The notes under the pieces are model-generated. The model had not been told where the DNA came from. It saw only the letters and a program-made list of their open reading frames with translations, and did no database searches. A program made the position numbers and the translations under genes. A stretch of DNA of 64,000 nucleotides from an uncultured bacterium (lineage in GTDB: Bacteria > Krumholzibacteriota > Krumholzibacteriia > LZORAL124-64-63), in assembly GCA_963727525.1 (NCBI GenBank), contig CAVSGO010000007.1, positions 992,001 to 1,056,000 on the forward strand, given 5' to 3'. Positions 57,957 to 64,000 of the stretch are shown piece after piece; the first letter of the stretch is position 1; each line of letters begins with the position of its first letter.

Positions 57957-59594
57957 CTACTTGGCACCCATGTAGGGATAACGCCACTCGCGCGGCGGAT
58001 TGAACGTTTCCTTCACCGTCCGCGGCGAGACCCAGCGGATGAGGTTCAGATAACTTCCCGCCTTGTCGTTGGTACCCGAGGCCCGGCTGCCGCCGAAGGG
58101 CTGCTGGCCGACCACCGCACCCGTGGGCTTGTCGTTGATGTAGAAGTTGCCAGCCGTGCCTTCGAGGGCGTCCTTGATCTGCACGATGGCCGCGCGATCC
58201 TGCGCGAAGACCGCGCCGGTGAGCGCGTACGGGCTCGCCTTATCGACCATCTTGAGCGTCGTCTTCAGATCCTTGTCCGGATAGACCATGACACTCAGCA
58301 CGGGGCCGAAGATTTCCTCCACGATGCTCTCGTAGGCCGGATCACGCACCTCGATCACCGTGGGTTCGATGAAGTAGCCCTTGCTGTCGTCGCAGCCGCC
58401 GCCGGCGATGACGCGGGCCTTCGAGCGCGGCCGCTTCGCCCGCGTGATGTAGCCCGAGATCGACTCGTACGCACCGGCATCGATCACGGCGCCCATGAAG
58501 TTCGTGAAGTCGGTGGGGTCGCCCATCTTGATCGCGGCGACCTCGGCGAGCAACTTCTGCTTCACCTCTTTCCACAGGCTCTCGGGAACGAAGGCGCGGC
58601 TCGCGGCCGAGCACTTCTGTCCCTGGTACTCGAAGGCGCCACGCACGAGCGCGGTGACGAGGGCATCGACGTCGGCCGAGGCATGCGCGAAGACGAAGTC
58701 CTTGCCGCCCGTCTCACCCACGATCCGGGGGTAGCCGCCGTAGCTCTTGATGTTCTCGCCGATGACGCGCCACATGCCCTGGAACACGCCGGTGGAACCC
58801 GTGAAGTGGATACCGCCGAGCGCCGGATCCATGATCACGGGGTTGCCCACCGTGCCGCCGCTGCCGGGCAGGAAGTTGATGACGCCCGGGGGCATGCCGG
58901 CTTCCTCGAGGATGCGCAGGATATAGTAGCCGCTGTAGACGGAACTGCTGGCCGGCTTCCACACCACGGTATTGCCGCACAGGGCCGGAGCGGTGGGCAG
59001 GTTGCCGGCGATGCTCGTGAAGTTGAAAGGCGTCACGGCGAAGACGAAGCCGTCGAGCGGGCGCTGCTCCACCATGTTCCACATGCCGGTGGGGCTGAAG
59101 GGCGGCTGCTCGGCGATGATCTGCTCGTAGTACCACGGGTTGAAGCGCCAGAAGTCGACCAGTTCGCAGGCGCTATCGATCTCGGCCTGGTACGCCGTCT
59201 TGCTCTGGCCGAGCATGGTGGCCGCGTTGAGCACCATGCGATACGGGCCGGCGAGCAGTTCCGCGGCCTTCAGGAGCACCGACGCCCGGTGCTGCCACGG
59301 CATCGCGGCCCAGGCGGCCTTGGCCTTCTGCGCGGCGCTGATGGCCGCTTTCACTTCCTTCGGACCGGCCTTGTGATACACGCCGAGCACGTGCTTGTGA
59401 TTGTGCGGCATCACGCACTGGCCGAGATCGCCGGTGCGGATCTCCTTGCCGCCGATCACACAGGGGATGTCGACCTGCTGGCCCGCCATCTCCTTGAGCG
59501 CAGCCTTCAGCTCCGCCTTCTCGGGCGAACCGGGCGCGTAGTCGAGGACGGGTTCGTTCTCGGGATCTGGCACGGTGACGATGGCATCGGACAT
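57957..59594 (-). CDS. pruA: L-glutamate gamma-semialdehyde (P5C) dehydrogenase
   Basis: NEPV..YAPGS, QAEIDSACE, FTGS, GETGGK, FEYQGQKCSA, INDKPTGAVVGQQPFGG. Confidence 0.96.
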   Translation of the reverse strand: MSDAIVTVPDPENEPVLDYAPGSPEKAELKAALKEMAGQQVDIPCVIGGKEIRTGDLGQCVMPHNHKHVLGVYHKAGPKEVKAAISAAQKAKAAWAAMPWQHRASVLLKAAELLAGPYRMVLNAATMLGQSKTAYQAEIDSACELVDFWRFNPWYYEQIIAEQPPFSPTGMWNMVEQRPLDGFVFAVTPFNFTSIAGNLPTAPALCGNTVVWKPASSSVYSGYYILRILEEAGMPPGVINFLPGSGGTVGNPVIMDPALGGIHFTGSTGVFQGMWRVIGENIKSYGGYPRIVGETGGKDFVFAHASADVDALVTALVRGAFEYQGQKCSAASRAFVPESLWKEVKQKLLAEVAAIKMGDPTDFTNFMGAVIDAGAYESISGYITRAKRPRSKARVIAGGGCDDSKGYFIEPTVIEVRDPAYESIVEEIFGPVLSVMVYPDKDLKTTLKMVDKASPYALTGAVFAQDRAAIVQIKDALEGTAGNFYINDKPTGAVVGQQPFGGSRASGTNDKAGSYLNLIRWVSPRTVKETFNPPREWRYPYMGAK

Positions 59595-59682
59595 GGCATC
59601 TCCTTCGCGAATGGGCAGACTCACAGCGACTGATATCTCGCCGCCAAAGGTGACAGAGAATCCCGCACGAGGCAAGCGCGAC

Positions 59683-60462
59683 TCACTGATTCGCGATCTC
59701 GTCCTTCGCGAGGCCCGCCTCGTTGGAGTCCGGATAGCGCGAGATGAGATCGTTGAATACGGCCGTGGCCTCGTCGGTCTTGCCCAGTTCGCGCAGGCAG
59801 TAGCCGCGTTTGAGAAGCGCTGCCGGCGCCTTGTCGGTTTGCGGGAAGTCGGAGAGGAGCTGCGAGAATTCGGTCGCGGCCGCGGCGAAGTCCCCCTGGC
59901 CATAGGCCAGATCACCGAGCCAGTAGCGCGCGTCGTCCGCCAGTTCGCTCCGGCCATAGCGGGTGAGAAATTCCTGGAACCCCTCGCGCGCCGGTTCCAC
60001 GTTGCCGCGGCTACGATCGAGCATGGCCGCATCGAAGATGGAACGCCCCTCCTCCGGCAGCGCGGCCAGTCCGGCCCGGGACCCGGCCTCGGGCGCCTTG
60101 TACTCGCCGAGCGTGGGGACGCCGGCGCGGGTGGCGAGCAGGTCCACCCGCGCCGAGAGGTCGCGCATGTAGGCGGCGTTGTCGTCGAGCTTCTGCATGA
60201 GCTGATCGAGCTGATTCGACACCTGGTTGAGCTTGGCGAAGCGCTGGGCGTTGGTCTCGTCGCCCGCGTTCATCTCCAGCCGCAGCATGTCGGCCAGCGA
60301 CCCCACCTCCTGCTGCACACGCCTGTTCTGCGCTTGCATGTCGGCGATCTCCGCCTGGTTTTGCTGCACCGCCGACTCGATTCGATCGAGCTGGGGCGCG
60401 CAGCCGCCCAGAAGGCCGAGGCCGCCGGCACTCAACAGGATGACGATCGCCGCTCGCTGCAC
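59683..60462 (-). CDS. cpoB: Tol-Pal protein CpoB/YbgF
   Basis: Lipobox LLGGC; coiled coil; TPR ARYWLG..ALLKRG..YPDS. Confidence 0.9.
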   Translation of the reverse strand: MQRAAIVILLSAGGLGLLGGCAPQLDRIESAVQQNQAEIADMQAQNRRVQQEVGSLADMLRLEMNAGDETNAQRFAKLNQVSNQLDQLMQKLDDNAAYMRDLSARVDLLATRAGVPTLGEYKAPEAGSRAGLAALPEEGRSIFDAAMLDRSRGNVEPAREGFQEFLTRYGRSELADDARYWLGDLAYGQGDFAAAATEFSQLLSDFPQTDKAPAALLKRGYCLRELGKTDEATAVFNDLISRYPDSNEAGLAKDEIANQ

Positions 60463-60474
60463 GATGTCCGCTCC

Positions 60475-61044
60475 TTACGGCCGCGAGAAGTGCGCGCGGC
60501 GGTTCTGCGCCCAGGCAGTCTCGCTGTGTCCCACCGCGAACGGCTTGTTCTCGCCGTACGACGTTGTACGAAGCTGCTTGCTCGGCACACCCAGGCTGGA
60601 CAGGTAGTCGCGCACCGCGAGGGCACGCTTCTCGCCCAGGGCCAGGTTGTACTCCACGGTGCCACGCTCATCGCAGTGGCCCTCGATCATGACGACCACT
60701 TGCGGGTGCTCGCGCAGAACGCGCGAGTTGCCGCTGAGCGTGCGCATCGCTTCGTCGTTGAGATCGTACTTGTCGAAATCGAAGAACACATCCTCGATCC
60801 CGATGGCCAGGGGCTCGACGGTGCTGTAGTCGATCGCCGGCGTCGTGTCCGCAGGCTCTTCCGGTGTGACGGGATTGGTGTCGACGGTTTCGGTAGGCAT
60901 GGTGGGCTCGCTGGACATCGTGGGATCGGTCTGCGGCTCCACTTGCTTCTTGCCACAGCCAATCGTCATGACGAGAGCGAAGAGGAGAACACTGAGACCA
61001 GCCACCATGACCAGACCACGGGCGGTGCAACGTTGACAATTCAT
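60475..61044 (-). CDS. pal: Peptidoglycan-associated lipoprotein Pal
   Basis: Lipobox TIGC; FFDFDK; EGHCDERGTVEYNLALGEKRA; SYGE..NRRA. Confidence 0.96.
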   Translation of the reverse strand: MNCQRCTARGLVMVAGLSVLLFALVMTIGCGKKQVEPQTDPTMSSEPTMPTETVDTNPVTPEEPADTTPAIDYSTVEPLAIGIEDVFFDFDKYDLNDEAMRTLSGNSRVLREHPQVVVMIEGHCDERGTVEYNLALGEKRALAVRDYLSSLGVPSKQLRTTSYGENKPFAVGHSETAWAQNRRAHFSRP

Positions 61045-61088
61045 CGTAGCCTCTGGCTCCTTTGCGCTGCTTGGTAACACGGCCTGGT

Positions 61089-62384
61089 CTAGCGCGGAGA
61101 CCAGGCCGGCGTGATGTCCGGTTCGTCGCCGAACGTCAGTTGACGTGCGTCACCGTCGACGACGTCCATGATATAGAGCTTGTAGGTCCCGGACCGGTCG
61201 GACGTGAACACGATATGCCGCCCATCGGGAGCCCAGCCCGCATCCTCGGCGTTGCGCCACCGACGGTCGGTCAGTAGTCGCCGGTTCTCACCCGTGGCCG
61301 CGATGATGACCAGCTGATTGAGGTCCCCCTCGCGGGTGGTGTAGACGATCTGTTCGCCACTCGGCGACCAGGCGGCAGAATCGTTGTACTTGCCCTCGAA
61401 CGTCAAACGGCGCCGCCCCGCCCCGTCTCCGTCCACGATATATAACTGAGGGGTCCCCGTCCTGTCACTGGTAAAAACGATGTCGCGACCGGCCGGGTCC
61501 CAGCAGGGGCTGATCTCGATGGACGGCATCGCCGTCAGCCGCCGCAGGATCTCCCCCGTCGGCGAGATCCGGTAGATCTCGGGATTGCCCGTCCGCGACA
61601 TGGCGAGGACGATCTCCTTGCCGTCCGGCCGCCAGGCGGCGCCGTAATTCAGACCTTCCTGCGCGATGATCGGCGACACCTTGCCCGTCGCGGTGTCCAG
61701 CAGGTAAAGCCCCTGTTCGCCCCGTTGATAGCTCGTGAAAGCGATCGCCTGCCCGTCCGGCCGCCAGCTCGGACACAGGTTGAAGGTGCGGTTGGCGGTC
61801 AGACGCAGGAGATTCTCGCCATCGTAGTCGACGACCCAGAGATCGCGCCGATCGCCCGTGCCTCGCGAAAAGACCACGCGCGAGAATGCCATCCCGGGTT
61901 CCCCCGTGAGCATCTCGATGACCTGGTTGGCGAAATGGTGCGCCGTCGCGCGCATCTGGTCGGGCAGCGGACGGTACCGCTTGTTGAGCAGGAGCTGGCC
62001 TTCGGGAAAGGAGACCAGATCGAGCGACACCGTGGTCGGACTGGGCGCCCCGGTCTGGCGCGCATCCCGCAGCGGCCCCTCCACCGACCCCTGGATCGCG
62101 AACTCGATCTTCAGGCTGTCGGCCCTGACCTGGTTCTCGGTGCGCCCCACGCGGAAGAACCCGCTGTACAGGAGATCGTTCGCAAGCACCTCCTCCAGCC
62201 GATCGGCCGCCTCCACCGACGGTACGCCACCCGAGAGCACGTCGAGGGTGCCCACGAGCAGGTCGGTCTTCTGGAACGCCGTCTTGGTGGTTTCCATGAT
62301 GACGTCCGGGATCGAACCCTGCGCAAGGGCCGACACAGCGGTCAGCAGGACCGCGAGGAGCGACGCGAGGGTGAACGTTCTCAT
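61089..62384 (-). CDS. tolB: TolB
   Basis: Signal peptide; AHHFAN; PD40 repeats (WSPSG, FTSDR). Confidence 0.94.
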   Translation of the reverse strand: MRTFTLASLLAVLLTAVSALAQGSIPDVIMETTKTAFQKTDLLVGTLDVLSGGVPSVEAADRLEEVLANDLLYSGFFRVGRTENQVRADSLKIEFAIQGSVEGPLRDARQTGAPSPTTVSLDLVSFPEGQLLLNKRYRPLPDQMRATAHHFANQVIEMLTGEPGMAFSRVVFSRGTGDRRDLWVVDYDGENLLRLTANRTFNLCPSWRPDGQAIAFTSYQRGEQGLYLLDTATGKVSPIIAQEGLNYGAAWRPDGKEIVLAMSRTGNPEIYRISPTGEILRRLTAMPSIEISPCWDPAGRDIVFTSDRTGTPQLYIVDGDGAGRRRLTFEGKYNDSAAWSPSGEQIVYTTREGDLNQLVIIAATGENRRLLTDRRWRNAEDAGWAPDGRHIVFTSDRSGTYKLYIMDVVDGDARQLTFGDEPDITPAWSPR

Positions 62385-62391
62385 GGGTGGG

Positions 62392-63084
62392 TCACAATCC
62401 CTGCTTGAGCGTGAAGATGAACGTGACACCGAGGAAAGCCGACGTGAACTTGGCCGGCAGCGGCGGCAGGCGCGAGGCCTGCACGGCACGCAGCGCCTCG
62501 CGATCGAAGAGCGGTACGCCGCTGCTCTGAATGATCGTGACCTGGTTCACCTCGCCGCTGCGGTCGACGATGAAGTGCACGATGCAGCGGCGCTGGTCGT
62601 TGTCACGGAAACCGAGCTGCCTCGGGTTCCACTTGGTAGCGATGATGCCCTCGACCCGGTTCAGATACCAGGCGAAGGGAAAGTCGACGTCGGTGCCGCT
62701 CACGGCCGGCCCGGCCGCCGTGATCGGCGTCTCGGCCGGTTTCTCCTCCGGTTTGGCCTCCTCCTTCGGCGCCGGCCGCGCGGGCACTGGTTCCGGCTTC
62801 CTGGGCTCCGGCTGAGTCTTGCGGGGCACTTCCTTGGGCTCCAGCTTTTGCGGCGGCGGCGGCGTGGGTTCCACCGGATCCTGCGGCTGTTCCACCGGCG
62901 GCGTCTCCTGCGGCTCGGCCGCTGGCTGGCTCACCTGCGGCTTCACGTCGGGGAGCTGCGTGATCTGCACCTTCATGATGCGGCGAGTCTCCATCGGCGG
63001 CTGGGGCACGTAGGTGCCATACACCGCGATCAGGGTGAAGACCACCAGGTGCAGCACGATGGAGATGGGCAGACCCCGCGACAC
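62392..63084 (-). CDS. TolA/TonB family protein
   Basis: TM with SxxxH (SIVLH); Pro-rich linker; SSG..FD..ALRAV..PPLP. Confidence 0.9.
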   Translation of the reverse strand: MSRGLPISIVLHLVVFTLIAVYGTYVPQPPMETRRIMKVQITQLPDVKPQVSQPAAEPQETPPVEQPQDPVEPTPPPPQKLEPKEVPRKTQPEPRKPEPVPARPAPKEEAKPEEKPAETPITAAGPAVSGTDVDFPFAWYLNRVEGIIATKWNPRQLGFRDNDQRRCIVHFIVDRSGEVNQVTIIQSSGVPLFDREALRAVQASRLPPLPAKFTSAFLGVTFIFTLKQGL

Positions 63085-63088
63085 CGGG

Positions 63089-63484
63089 TCAGTCCTCCGG
63101 GTTGGCCACCAGGCTCAGGTTCACGAATCCAGCGCGTTCCACGGCCGCCATCACCTTGAGCACGAAACCGTAGGGGATCTCCTCGTCGGCGCGCAGGTAG
63201 ACGGGTAGCGTGTCCTTCTGCGGCAGATACGGCACGAGGCGCTCGATCATCTCGTCCATCGAAACCGGATCCTCCTGGAAGAAGAGCTGCCGGTTCGCGG
63301 TGACGCTGATCACCGGCCCCTCCTTCACCACCTGGGTCCGGGTATCGGCCTCGGGCAGGTTCACGTCCACGCCGCCCTGGATGTACGGCGCGGTGAGCAT
63401 GAAGATGATGAGCAGGCACATGGTCACGTCCACGAGCGACGTGATGTTGATGCTGGCCATGGGCCGCATCGCACCCTTGCGCAT
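63089..63484 (-). CDS. tolR: TolR/ExbD
   Basis: INITSLVDV..LLIIFMLTAP, VNLP, LRAD..YG. Confidence 0.92.
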   Translation of the reverse strand: MRKGAMRPMASINITSLVDVTMCLLIIFMLTAPYIQGGVDVNLPEADTRTQVVKEGPVISVTANRQLFFQEDPVSMDEMIERLVPYLPQKDTLPVYLRADEEIPYGFVLKVMAAVERAGFVNLSLVANPED

Positions 63485-64000
63485 CAGATGCGCTCCTTGT
63501 CATGCACCTCGGGCCGTCGCGCGATGTCGCGCAGGGCGGGATCGGCAACGCCGCGGCCGCCGCCCACCTGCTCCTCGAGGATCGTGCGCAACCGCTCCAT
63601 CTCGTTGCCCACGAGGTCGACCTTGCGCACCAGGCTGTTGTAGAAGATCACCGCCGGAATCGCCGTGCCCAGACCGGCGATGGTCGTGATGAGCGCCTCC
63701 GCGATGCCCGGCGCCACCACTGTGAGGTTGGCACTCTGCAGCGCCGCCATGTCCCAGAAGCTGGTCATGATGCCCCAGACCGTACCGAGGAGGCCGAGGA
63801 ACGGCGCCACGGTCACCGTGGTCGCGATGAGCATGAGGTACTTCTCGAGGCGTTCGATCTCGAGGTAGGCGATGCGCTCGCTGGCGCGGCGCACGGCCGG
63901 CGCGTCCGCGAGCCCGGCCGCCTCGAGGGCCTGGTTGCACAGGGGCAGATCGGAGCGCGACTCGCACCACCGCAGAAACTCCTCGCGCGAGCGGCGTCCG
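63484..64000 (-). CDS. tolQ: TolQ/ExbB proton channel (5' end outside window)
   Basis: APFLGLLGTVWGIM, VAPGIAEALITT..GL..AIPA..YN. Confidence 0.92.
   Translation of the reverse strand, partial: GRRSREEFLRWCESRSDLPLCNQALEAAGLADAPAVRRASERIAYLEIERLEKYLMLIATTVTVAPFLGLLGTVWGIMTSFWDMAALQSANLTVVAPGIAEALITTIAGLGTAIPAVIFYNSLVRKVDLVGNEMERLRTILEEQVGGGRGVADPALRDIARRPEVHDKERI

Overview
GC-rich (roughly 68-70% by eye) chromosomal window from a diderm bacterium. A secreted enzyme with an NYPNPFNP/FlgD-Ig type C-terminal domain points to the FCB superphylum, possibly a Latescibacterota/Krumholzibacteriota-like lineage (inference). Bases 1-30200 are a large flagellar locus: fliH'-fliG-fliF-fliE-flgC-flgB, two sigma54 activators with two histidine kinases, a TPR protein, flgM, a GNAT plus GT2-TPR pair, three short flagellins, flaG-fliD-fliS-fliT-like, csrA-fliW, flgL-flgK-flgN, an FlgJ-SLT fusion and flgI-flgH-flgA-flgG-flgF. 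The rest holds signalling genes (REC-PAS kinase, PilZ, HDOD), IHF/HU, a bS22/mS38-like peptide, a PPAD-like deiminase, a TetR-TolC-MFP-RND efflux operon, prolyl oligopeptidase, an MIO lyase with an Ala-Cys-Gly triad, small enzymes, tRNA-Ala(GGC), tRNA-Leu(CAA), pruA and the tol-pal operon. No mobile element, CRISPR array or tandem repeat was seen. Main observations: (1) a readable flagellar transcription hierarchy, with three sigma54 promoters each preceded by the palindrome CGGCAA-N3-TTGCCG and six sigma28-like promoters, three of them outside the structural cluster; (2) a sensorless kinase with a non-canonical H-box coupled to a TPR protein and a FlgN-like protein; (3) a sigma28-driven 76-aa mini axial protein; (4) a PPAD-like enzyme with the full PPAD domain architecture; (5) a Cys-based MIO triad. 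All calls come from reading motifs by eye; no database searches were run.
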